The translations under genes and the position numbers were made by a program. Source: Hemiscyllium ocellatum (lineage: Eukaryota). Taken from it: a stretch of DNA of 64,000 bases. The notes under the pieces are model-generated. The model did not search any database. It had not been told where the DNA came from and saw nothing but the letters and a program-made list of their open reading frames with translations. Shown here one piece after another: positions 24,100 to 35,619 of the stretch; positions within the stretch are counted from its first letter, which is position 1; each line of letters opens with the position of its first letter. Location of the stretch: assembly GCF_020745735.1 (NCBI RefSeq), contig NC_083409.1, positions 20,966,098 to 21,030,097 of the forward strand. Reading direction: 5' to 3'.

Positions 24100-25397
24100 G
24101 CCGTAATCCCATGTGATTGCATTGAGCTAATTTTCCCCATACCATTCCTATCCAGATACCTGTTCAAATGTCTTTTAAATTTTGTTATCATACTCACATC
24201 TAAGACTTCCTCTAGCAGCTCGTTCAATACACGCACCACCCTGTATGTGAAAGAGATGCACCTCAGGTCCCTTTTGAATCTTTCCCCTCTTGCTTTAATC
24301 CTCTGATGTTTAGCTTTGGACTCCCTTACCTGTGGAATAAATCTGAGCTAGTCATCTTATCTATGCCCATTATGATTTTATAAACCTCTGAAATGTCGCC
24401 CAGTAGCCTTTGACCTTCCAAGGAAAATAGCCGAGGCCTAACCAGCCTCTCCTTAAAACTCAAAACCTCTAGTCTCAGTGACATCCTTTTTAAACCCTTT
24501 CCAGTTTAATGACATCCTTCCAATAGCAGGATGACTGGGAATGTGGCCTGATCAATACCTTGGAGAGCCGTAACATCTCCCACATGTAATACTCTGACCG
24601 ATAGAAGCAATTGTACCAAATGCTTTCTTCACCACCCTGACTACATGTGACACCAGTTTCAATCCTCTACGTGCCTCCACCCCTTGGTCTCCCTGTTTGA
24701 CAACACTCTCCATGGCCTCACAATTAACTGTGTTAGCCCTGGCCTAGTTTTTGTACCAAATGCAACACCTCACTATTATCTCAATGTATAATGTAAATGT
24801 ACTGTCAAATAGCCTTCTTCACTGTCCATGAAACCACTAATGTTAGTGTCATCTGCAAACTCACAAACCGTGCTTCCTTTATTTTCATTCAATTTGTTTC
24901 TATAAATGATGAACAATGATGAACCCAGAAACAATCCTTTTGCCATTCTGCTGGTCACAGGCTTCCAGCCTGAACAATAAGCTTCTACCACCACTGTCTG
25001 TCTCCAACCATTAAGCCAATTTTGTATTAGTTAGCTTGCCCTCCCTGGATCCAACTGGATCTAACTTACTAACCAGTTGTCCATGCAGTACCTTGTCAAA
25101 TACCTTGCTTACGTCCATGTAGGCAATGTCTACCATTCTGCTCTCTGCTATCTTCTTGGTCATGTCTTCAAAAAACTCAATCAAATTTGTGAAACATGAT
25201 TTCCCACTTACAAAGCCTTGTGGACTATCTTTAATCAATCCTTGTCTTTCCAATGCATTTAGATCCTGTCTCTCAAAATCCCCTCCAACAACTTATTCCC
25301 CACTGATATCAGACTCACTGGTCTATAATTCCCTGGGAATTCCTTGCAGCCCCTCCTAAATATTGGCATAACATTAGCCACGCTCCAGTCTTCCAGC
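24100..25397 (-). mobile_element. CR1 LINE RT/3' fragment (paralog of 49550-50754)
   Basis: FVSGKSCFTNLIEFFE, YMDVSKVFDKV, FADDTN; shares private changes with the 49550-50754 copy (e.g. ttgtttctataaatgatgaacaatgatgaacccag). Confidence 0.8.
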
Positions 25398-26441
25398 AAA
25401 ACACAGAAATAGAGAACACACACAGATCATGAACGCCACACTCACAGGAATCCGATTCACGAGAGAGGAAGAAAAGGACAACCAGCTCCCATTCCTGGAT
25501 GTAATGGTACAAAGAACACCAAATGGAGAATTCACCACTAAGGTATACAGAAAAGCCACACACACAGACCAAGTCCTGAACTATGAAAGCAACCACCCCA
25601 ACACACACAAACGAAGTTGCATCAGGACATTATTCAAAAGGGCCACAAACACACTGCAGCACACCTGAACTACAAAAAGAGGAAGAAGAACACCTGTACA
25701 AAGAATTCACCAAAAACGGATACCCGCGCAATTTCATCAACAGATGCCTCAGGAAAAGACAACGAAATGAGGACATGCCACAACCCAAAGATTGGCCACT
25801 CTACCATACATCAGGAGCATTTCTGAACTGACAGCCAGACTGCTGCGACCACTAGGACTCATAACAGCACACAAAAAAAAACAGCCACTCTCAGACAACA
25901 ATTCACCAGGACAAAGGACCTGATACCCAGCAGGAGCAAAACCAACGTAGTGTACAAAATCCCATGCAAGGACTGCATAAAACACTACATAGGACAATCA
26001 GGAAGACAGCTAACAACGCGCATCCATGAACACCAACTAGCCACAAAACGACACGACCAGCTATCGCTAGTAGCCATACCCTCAGATGACAAACAACACG
26101 AATTCGATTGGGACAACACCACTATTATAGGGCAGGTCAAACAGAGAACAGCCAGGGAATTCCTAGAGGCGTGGCACTCATCCACAAATTCTATCAACAG
26201 ACACATTGAACTAGACCCTATATACCGACCACTGCAGCGGACAGCAACTGACAACCGGAAGCGGCAGATTCAAACCAATATAAATGCCAGAGGAATCAGC
26301 ACAGAAGCGCTTCACAGGAGGATCCCAAGCACTGAAGATGTCACCTAGAAAGCGGACGAAACGTTTGCAACAAAATTCCCACCTCAGCGAACAGAACCAC
26401 AACAACGAGCACCCGAGCTACAAATCTTCTCACAAACTTTG
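25398..26441 (+). mobile_element. 5'-truncated Penelope-like element (RT thumb plus GIY-YIG endonuclease)
   Basis: IRFTREEEKDNQLPFLDV..VYRKATHTDQVLNYESNHP..HKRSCIRTLFKRA; VVYKIPCKDCIKHYIGQSGRQLTTRIHEH (GIY-YIG); frameshifted. Confidence 0.9.
26329..26368 (+). ncRNA. Minimal hammerhead ribozyme motif in a Penelope 3' terminus
   Basis: GCA-CUGAAGA-U-GUC(loop)GAC-GAAACGUU-UGC: core boxes present, 3-bp helix I (GCA/UGC), 3-bp helix II, palindromic ACGU in place of helix III. Confidence 0.55.
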
Positions 26442-26659
26442 AACACAGAGGATGACACCAGAAGCAATTCAATGTTGTCACTCTCTCCTTTGCAATTGCT
26501 AAACTGGGAACAAGTACTTTTTGCTCACAATTTGCTCTCTCGAATTTGATCCACTTGCCTTTCTTTCTTTGTTTTTTTTTACTTCAGTCCGTGGTACTTC
26601 CATCAAAACCCAACCTCCTCACACTCATCCTGGCCCCTGAAGAGATTAGAGACAAACTG

Positions 26660-27050
26660 TAAAAGCTGGAATCCAAGGTTGACAAACAGGAGGCTGGGAG
26701 AACACAACAAGCCTGGCAGCATCAGGAGATATAGAATTCAACGTTATGGGTGGAACCCTTCTTCTGGAAGTTGGGAGCGTCGGGTGTTGGGGGAGCTGCA
26801 GATAAAGGGAGTGGCCGGGGCACGATGGTTAGGCGGGGATAGGTGGAGACAGGTCGAGGGTAGTACATGGTTGGTCGAAGGGAGGCATAATTCTGGATTC
26901 CTCTCTTCCATCGACCAATCAGGTCATACTCTCTATCTTTCCCAACCTATCTCCACCCACCACTTCGCTTCGACCCACTCCTTTGTCTGCAACTCCACTG
27001 ACACCTACCCCCACCTTCCTGAAGAAGGGTTACACCTAAAACGTCGAAAC
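26660..27050. mobile_element. Penelope-derived foldback element (paralog of 2040-2420)
   Basis: Same inverted arms and decayed ctgaagaagggt...aaacgtcga motif. Confidence 0.55.
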
Positions 27051-30000
27051 CTGAAGAGATTAGCCGAGGTTATTTCATTGAATCAAACCGTCGAGCCCAT
27101 CAATCCTGAAAACAGATTTCTACATTGAAGTCCCATTTGCTGGTTGCACATGTAAAGTCTCTTTCAGGCTCATATACTGAAGATCGCACTCGGTGCAACA
27201 TAGAGGGGAATGCTGGGAGGTTTGGTCAGTGTGGGAGTTTGGTGAACTCTGCGAAGGAGTCCACCTTTGCTTTTCCAAAATGATTTGGAACTGTCACTTC
27301 AGCTGCTGGGAGCCTACACATGCACTTGGTTTGAATGAAACAAAATGGTAAACAAGAAAATACGAATCTGGAAATTGTTTAGTGTGAGGGAATGCCTAAA
27401 TAGACTGCTTCAGGACATGTCAATTCGGGAAGATTAACAAATACAAAGTACTGAAATGTCAAAACAGAGACTGAAGACAATTACTGATCCAATGAAGGAA
27501 TGGATATTTTTCAGTTGGAAGTAAGAGCAACATTTCTTTATTGCATTGAAATGATTCGGAGTAAATGCATCTGCAGTGAATGTATAAAACTACAGGAAAT
27601 CTCACTGAGGGGGTTTGGAATGAAGGCTGAATTGAAAAAGCAGCGATACATCAGGGAGTGCCGGAGATACCTGGAAACTTAGTTCCAGAAGGAAGTTATA
27701 GACCTCAGGACTGCACAGTTCATTTCCACGTGTAGTAAGCGGCAGGAGGGTAGGACACACATGGGAGGCAGATAGGGATTTGGAGAATAGAGTGGGACAG
27801 GAAAACCCCTCAGTCTTCCAAACTCCAGTGAGAACAAGGCCAGTCTTTCCAATCTTTCCTCATCTCACAGCTCACTCAAAACAGGGAACAATCGGGAAAA
27901 ACTCCTCTGAAACACCTCTAATGCATTTATATTCTTCCTTCAATAAGCAGACCAAAACTACACACAATACAGTATTTGAGATGTGATAACACCAATGTCC
28001 AGGAATAACTGAGACATCACAGTCTCACTTTCTGGTCCCGAACCACGCCTACTCTTACTTTTACCAGCGTTTTTACTGTCCATCTTTAATTGATCTGGAC
28101 AAGATGGTGCTGACCTGCCTTCCTCAACCGCTGCAGTCTGCGTGCTGTAGCTAGACTCATAATGTCCTTAGGAAGGGAGTTCCAGTATTCTGACCCAGTG
28201 ACGATGTTTCCAAGTCAAACTGGTGAATGGCTTGATTCAAGTCATCATGGGTTTAGAAGGTGTTGTCTTCGGACCTTTGGTGAATTTCTGCCATGAATCT
28301 CGTAGATAGTACACATAAATATTACTGAATTTTGGTGTGGAGGGAATGGATATGTGTGGAAGTGGTGCCAATCAAGCGGGCTAAAATTTGATAAACAAAA
28401 TTTAAATAAAATAATACAAAACAACCTAAAATGAAATAAAATGAAATGTTGCTGCTTTTTTGATAAAACATCATTGAACCGCAAAAATTAACTTCTCTCT
28501 TTTACATGATAATGAAGACAGAACTCTTGTTGGTGCTGTTTTTCTTTAATCATCTCAGAATATTCAAAGCTGTGAGCACAGAGCAGTCATGTCCGCGGAC
28601 AAGATGGTAAGGTCCCGCAGACAGGAAACGAAAGACGAGACAAATCTCCTTTGTTGGCACTCGTTGAATAGTGAGCAGGATAACCGATGAATTCTATTCA
28701 GAATGGGATCTTATCGAGCCCCCTGAGGTGGGGGTGGTCTGGGTGTGGTGATGGTGGAGCCTCAAACGACGGAGTCAGAGACTGCGCAACTTTCAACAGT
28801 GCACCGCAGTCTCAGCCTGGATTCTGTGCTCTCAATTCTGAGGTGGCTTTCAATCTGATGACCATTTTGACGATGAGGCAGGAGCATTGTCCATGGAGCC
28901 ACGGTCAGTAACAATGTAATCTGTGTGGCTCTGAAAGCATGTGTCTGCATCTCAGATCGAAAGGATATGAGCTCATTCATCAAATCTGTATCTGCCCCTC
29001 TGCAGGCTGACCAGGCTGCCGATGCCTTTCCAACACTCCCACATTTCCTCTTGTGTCACAGCTCATTATCCTGAGAGATAGTTTACGCGGAGTCGAAAAG
29101 TGTGGGACTGGGAAAGCACAGCAGGTCAGGCAGTTGTGCTCAGGCCGAGGACTTCACCTTGGCCCTCTGTCAGATGCACTTCTAGAAACTCATGGGTCAC
29201 TACCACACTCTGCAGGACAGAGGGGAAGGGCAACAAGCAAGGATGGAGATGGGGACGCGAGGCCTCAAATGCTGTTTTCTGTAGTTTGGGGCACGCTTTA
29301 ATTGCTGTTTGTTAGATCTTTGAGTATAATTCATTTTTTGCTGATCCCAGTGATAATCCAAAGGAAACTTCACCTTGCAGTCTGACAAATCAGGGTTACC
29401 CATGTCATGGCCCTGTTTCTGGCCACGGCTCCAGTCTTTCAAAGAGATGAATTCAAGCCTCACCAGTTTGATTATTTGAATTGTATGCCATATATTTTGA
29501 TTTCTCCTGGGATGGGGCGAGTGTTGACGTGTCTGTTATTTGTTTCCCTTCCCGAACTGTCCTGGAGATGGCGGTGGTGAGCCATGTAATGTCTGGGAAG
29601 CAACTGACAGGTCATTCCCACTGAAATCGACTGGAATGAATGTGGGTTTATTCATGGCTAATGGGAAGAGTCATTACCCATAAGTCTCAGCTGCTGTGCA
29701 ACTACTTTATACTTACTAGAAGGTAGTTGTTTCTGTCTGCACGAAAAATACAAAGTCAGAAGTCACACAAAAGCAGTTTCGAGCCAACAGGTATATGTTA
29801 AATCACAAGCTTCCGAAACGCTGCTCCTTCATCAGGTGTCTCCCAGTCCACCATCGACATCCCCACATTACTGAACAGTACAGATAAACTGGGGCTTTAA
29901 AAGGTTCTAACCAGCTCCATCTGAAGAATCGTGGAGAGAGAGCAAGGTAAAGAGAGAACAGCTTTAGGACCAGTATACTTATCGCATCATAATGAAAATG

Positions 30001-30459
30001 ATCTGCATGCTATGATATATCAAATGGGAGTACTTTGGTGTGATTTTTGATTGTCTCCAGATTGTGCTTTTTTTTCATTCTATCATACACGTGGACTATG
30101 TCAGTATTGGGTAGCACAAAGCCTGTTTCCTCCATTGAACACTTTCCAACACACTCACTCCATCTTGCTTTAATCCTTATTGACTCCTGAACATTCCCCC
30201 TCCTCTCTCACTCCGTCCCGGTCCCAGAGGAATTGATGGCCTGAGTTCATGACCCCGCACTGTGTGAAGGTTGGTGTGAAGTGAGGCCAGTGTGTTGGAG
30301 CTTGGGCCCCTGCCTCAGGCCCAGGTGTAAAGGTCTGTTCAATAATCTGCACATTGTCCTTTTTCTCTTTCTGAATGAACTGGGTCAAGTTGCAGTGACG
30401 AGCTGGCAACAAGGCGCCTTGTCTAAAATGTTCCCAGTATTAAATACAGAACTGGCTTA

Positions 30460-31500
30460 GTCACAGGAGACAGAGGGCAGTGGTGGTAGGATAGTTTTCA
30501 GAATAGAGGGTGGAGACACATGATGTTCCACATGATGTCAGTGGTGTTCTACATAAATGAATTGGAGGAGAGCACATCTGGTCTAATTAGTAAGTTTACA
30601 GTTGGTACTAAGATTGGTAGAGTTGAGAAGGTTTGTCAGAGGATACCGCAGGATATAGATCAGAAGGCTGCTTGGACTGAAAAATGGCAGATATAGTTTA
30701 ATCCAGACTAATGTGAGGTTATGCATTTTGAAAGGTAATGTACAGGTGGGAATAATACCGTGAATAGCAAAATCCTTTGGAGTATTGAGATGCAGAGGGA
30801 CCTGGGTGTGCATGTTCACGGATCACTTAAAGTGGCAGCACAGAGAGGTAACGCAGTAGAAAAGGCTTATGGCATGTTTGCCTTCATTGGAAGGGACATT
30901 GAGTATAAGGATTGACAAGTTATTCTGTAGCTTTATCGAACATTAGTTAGGCAACACTTGGAATATTGCATGCAGTTCCGGTCAGCACACTACCAGAAGG
31001 ATGTGGATGTTTTGAAGATGGTGCAGAAAATGCTTATCTGGGTATTGTCTGGTGTGGGGGATTGTACTTCTGAAGAAAGGTTGTATAGAACGTCTTTGTT
31101 TCCATTGGAATACGGGAAAGTGAGGTGTGTCGTGATAGAAGATTACAGAGTTGTGAACGGCATAGGTAGGTTGGAAAATATGAGGCTTTTTTTCAGGATG
31201 CATGCGTCACTTACTCAGGAACAGAGGTTCAAGGTGCGGGGGAGTTTAAAAGAGATGTATGAGGTAAGTATTTTACACAAAGGGAGTTGAATACCTGGAA
31301 CACACTGCCAGAGAAGAGGGTGGAAGCAGACACAATAAAATTATTCAAGAAATACCCGTACTAATGCATGAATAGGAAGGCAATAGAGGGATATGAATCC
31401 TGTTGGTGAAGACAGTTTCAGTCAGGAAGGCCAAAATGTGTCAGCACAGACTTGTAGGGCCGAAGGGCCACTTCCTGTGCTGTACTGTTTCTTGTTCTTT
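30460..31500 (+). mobile_element. CR1 LINE RT/3' fragment (paralog of 58780-60400)
   Basis: CEVMHF, RDLGVHV, LEYCMQF, EERL motifs; lacks the Tx1 insertion found in the paralog. Confidence 0.75.
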
Positions 31501-31570
31501 GGTCCCTGCTGTTGACTTGGATTCTCGGGAGCCAGCTGCGTATGAAGAGCCTGTTCTCATTCTTTTTTTG

Positions 31571-31875
31571 TAGATTAGATTACTTACAGTGTGGAAACAG
31601 GCCCTTCGGCCCAACAAGTCCACACCGACCCGTTGAAGCGAAACCCACCCATACCCCTACATTTACCCCTTACCTAACACTACGGGCAATTTAGCATAGT
31701 CAATTCGCCTGACCCGCACATCTTTGGACTGTGGGAGGAAACCGGAGCACCCGGAGGAAACCCACGCAGACACGGGGAGAACGTGCAAACTCCACACAGT
31801 CAGTCGCCTGAGTCGGGAATTGAACCCAGGTCTCTGGCGCTGTGAGGCAGCAGTGCTAACCACTGTACCACCGTG
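31571..31875 (-). mobile_element. Young tRNA-derived SINE (HE1/V-SINE-like)
   Basis: Full head, core and tail ending in a taatct-type repeat; absent at the paralogous site 60480. Confidence 0.88.
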
Positions 31876-32685
31876 TTGGAGTTCATGGGGCAGCTGCTGC
31901 TTCCTTGCTACGTCACTGATCAAACCAACAATGCGGAAAGTCTCTTGATATTTTAAATACACTGTCTGCAGGAAAATGTTTGGCTGAGGTTTTAATATTG
32001 TTTAATCAGTTAATGACGTCAACGCACCAGTGTTGTTTACGGCTCGGAACATTTGCCATCATGATCCAAGATTTAAATGCACCATCTCTCACTCGTGATA
32101 ATACAGTTTTCAATGTTTCTCTCCCCTTACGTGTTATGAAGAGCTTTGCAAACGTGTTTTGATGAGGACGGTGCATCTTCAACACCGTATGTCGGATTCG
32201 GTGTCTGTTTGAATTCTCACTTGTGATAATACAGTTTTAAATGTGTTAGTGCTACTTTCACCTCTCTCTGGGGGATGCCGCTGTCACTATCTCCACCCCA
32301 CCCTTCACTCTCGGGGTGATACCATTTTTAGCATCTTTTTGTCTGAGAATGTCTTGTTCTTGTCCCTCCCTCTCTCAGGGACTGGGTAAGTGTTTCACAT
32401 GCACCTGGTTTGTTAGATCTATTTACTCTCTTGTGAAATGGTTAATCCCTGTTTTACTCTGGTAAAAGTGAGTTAAGGCCCACCACAGTTCACCCTTCAT
32501 CTCAATCATATATCAGGGCCTAAGGTTAGTCAGTATTGTCTTGCACCAGATCAATCCTGACACTTCCCACAGTTTTCCCTCTTTCCTAACTTTACTGGAC
32601 ACCTTGTATCCAGGAATCCCCAATCCCGGATCTCTGTTAGACCCACAACATCAGATTTCCACTTGTTAATCTGCATCTGTATCTT

Positions 32686-32911
32686 CGAGTAAAAAATGAG
32701 GTCTGCAGATGCTGGAGATCACAGCTGAAAATGTGTTGCTGGTCAAAGCACAGCAGGCCAGGCAGCATCTCAGGAATAGAGAATTCGACGTTTCGAGCAT
32801 AAGCCCTTCATAAGCCCTTTCCTGATGAAGGGCTTATGCTCGAAACGTCGAATTCTCTATTCCTGAGATGCTGCCTGGCCTGCTGTGCTTTGACCAGCAA
32901 CACATTTTCAG
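32686..32911. mobile_element. Penelope terminus foldback (inverted duplication) with a hammerhead motif at 32818-32853
   Basis: Two inverted copies of the terminus; 14-bp direct repeat ctgcatctgtatct at 32672-32685 and 32912-32925. Confidence 0.8.
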
Positions 32912-34059
32912 CTGCATCTGTATCTCCCCAATACAGTATTAGTAACCCATTTCAGTGTGTATCCCATCAATCAGGGTCCCTAATAGGCAAAGGCTGTATT
33001 TAAATAATCTCAGTTATCTAATTTAATCTAATTAAATAGAGACCTGGTGAGGTTGGGAACAATCGCAAGGTTCAGTCACACAATTTGCATTATGCACATG
33101 GGTCGGGATTCCAGGGTTTCCATTGCGTTTGAATGTGGGACTGAGGAGCAAGAAGGGGCCAGCAATCTCTGGTCTCTGTCCCTGATTTGTGGGTCCTCTC
33201 TGATGGAGACCATTGTGAAAGCCATAGTCAACATCGCCAACTGCAAACCTGGAGAAGCAAGAACATGCAGTGCTTTTGGGAACAACCTGAATATGATCAG
33301 AGGACAAGGTCAAAAATCATGCGACACCAGGTTATAGTCCAACAATTTGATTAGAAATTACAATCTTTCAGAGCCTTGCCCCTTCTTTCACGTGATCAGA
33401 GGAGCAAACAAGGTGAATTTAATCAACAGAGAAAACAATCTCTGCTGTTCATTTCCTTCTCAGTTGACCCTGTTCTCCGAAATGACATGAACAAGAGAAA
33501 AGGCAACAATAAAGAATATAAGGACACCACATCAGTGACATCCGAATATGTGAAAAATTCTTGCTCAGAATATGTTGTTGCTTTTTTCAATGTTTGGTAT
33601 CAATTCAAAGCAGAAAGTGTCTATTTCTCTCCTTCCCTCCTTGAAACACTTACTGAGATGATCAAACCCAGCAACAGTTCATGCGACGGGTTGAGAGGAT
33701 TGTCTAATGATCGAGGGAGGGGATTGGGTCAGGATTCTCTGGAATTTAGAAGTTGGGAGGAGATTTCACTGAAACATTTTAAAGTCTCCAGGGCCCAGAC
33801 AGGGTAGTTTTTGGAAGAATGTGCCCTACCTGGGTTTGGAGATGCCGGTGTTGGACTGGGGTGTACAAAGTTACAAATCACACAACACCAGTTTATGGTC
33901 CATCAGGTTTAATGGAAGCACACGAGCTTTCAGAACGCCGCACCTTCATCAGGTAAAGGTTGATGAAGGAGTGGCGCTGCAAAAGCTAGTGCTTACAATT
34001 AAACTTGTTGGACTATAACCTGGTATTGTGTGATTTTTATTTTTTTGTCCCCTACCTGT

Positions 34060-34377
34060 GGGCGGCACGGTGGCACAGTGGTTAGCACTGCTGCCTCACA
34101 GCGCCTGTAGACCCGGGTTCAATTCCCGACTCAGGCGACTGACTGTGTGGAGTTTGCACGTTCTCCCCGTGTCTGCGTGGGTTTCCTCCGGGTGCTCCGG
34201 TTTCCTCCCACAGTCCAAAGATGTGCGGGTCAGGTGAATTGGCCAAGCTAAATTGCCCGTAGTGTTAGGTAAGGGGTAAATGTAGGGGTATGGGTGGGTT
34301 GTGCTTCGGCGGGTCGGTGTGGACTTGTTGGGCCGAAGGGCCTGTTTCCACACTGTAAGTCTAATCTAATCTAATCT
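34060..34377 (+). mobile_element. Young tRNA-derived SINE (HE1/V-SINE-like)
   Basis: ggcggcacggtggcacagtggttagcactgctgcc head to ctaatctaatct tail; ctacctg repeated on both sides; absent at the paralogous site near 62270. Confidence 0.88.
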
Positions 34378-34929
34378 ACCTGGGGATTCTAAAGCAAAGT
34401 CGCAGTGTGGGAATAAGGGGTTAGACATTTAGATCAAAGATGAGGAATGTCTAGCACAATGACAAGCACCATTGTCCTACAGAAACAGGGATCTAGGTTC
34501 GATTCCACCCTGCGGTGATTTTCTTTGTGGAGTTTGCATGCTCTCCCCATGTGTGTGTGGGTTTCCTCCGGGTGTGCAAGTTTCCATTCTCAGTCCAAGG
34601 ATGAGCAGGTTAGGTGAACTGGCCATGGGAAGTGTCAGGTTACAGCAATAGGAGATGGTTGTGGTTCTGGATGGAATGCTGCTTGGACGTGATGGCATTC
34701 TTCCAGACAGTAGGGATTCTTTGATTCTACATTGCTGCGGGTCTGGAGTCATGTGTCAGTTGGTCTGGGCAAAGACAGCAATCTAAAGGATATTGGTGGG
34801 AGCAATGAAGTTTGCCCCCAACAATGGTCATCATTAGACTCATAATTTCAGAGTTTTTTTGAGTTGATTTGCCTTGCCAAGATTTGAATACACGTCCCCC
34901 AGAACGTTACTTGGCTCTCTGGATTAACA

Positions 34930-35125
34930 GTAAGTAAAAAATGAGGTCTGCAGATGCTGGAGATCACAGCTGCAAATGTGTTGCTGGTCAAAGCACAGCA
35001 GGTTAGGCAGCATCTCAGGAATAGAGAATTCGACGTTTCGAGCATAAGCCTGATGAAGGGCTTATGCTCGAAACGTCGAATTCTCTATTCCTGAGATGCT
35101 GCCTAACCTGCTGTGCTTTGACCAT
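34930..35125. mobile_element. Penelope terminus foldback
   Basis: Inverted duplication of the terminus; 14-bp direct repeat tctctggattaaca at 34916-34929 and 35126-35139; empty site near 62785-62800. Confidence 0.8.
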
Positions 35126-35619
35126 TCTCTGGATTAACAAGCTCGTGATAATACCACGAGGCCACTGCCTGCCGACACGTGGGCAATCTCTATCTTGAAT
35201 TTATTCAGTAAAAAATCACACAACAACAGGCTGTAGCTCTACAGGTTTAATTGGAAGCACACTAGCTTTCGGAGCGCCGCTCCTCCATCAGGTGGTTGTG
35301 GAGGGTACAATTGTCAGACACAGAATTTATAGCAAAAGTTTACAGTGTGATGTAACTGAAATTATACATTAAATAATACCTTAATTATTTCTTGAGGCTT
35401 TCACCTGTGCGAATACTATGATAGTTTCACTTCTTTCAAGTGAAAATCACAAAACCTTTTGTTTTGAAGTTGCATTCACCGGTTAACTGTAACAATAGCT
35501 GTTAGCTAGACAATATTTGAAGGTGTTAGCCTCCTGTGTTCTCTGTTTTGCCATAATGTTTAGAAAGATTGTAAACTAAAAAATGAGATAACAGAGTTTT
35601 ACATGAATTCATGCAGTTC

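Larger units (their letters stand above)
24152..35207 (+). repeat. Segmental duplication, unit 2 (direct paralog of 49550-62870)
   Basis: Collinear matches: 24152/49550, 26444/56682, 29040/57130, 30200/58560, 31500/60420, 33040/61430, 34385/62280, 35200/62865, with copy-specific insertions and deletions. Confidence 0.88.

Noticed and set aside
28589-28730. ATG...AAGATG|GTAAGG mini-exon (MSADKM) and a nearby open frame TDEFYSEWDLIEPPE
   Set aside because: Splice phases do not join (a stop follows at once) and no recognisable homology.
34060-34135. tRNA-like heads here and at 40105, 52689, 57795 and 31800-31875
   Set aside because: They continue into SINE core and LINE-derived tail and do not form complete cloverleaves.
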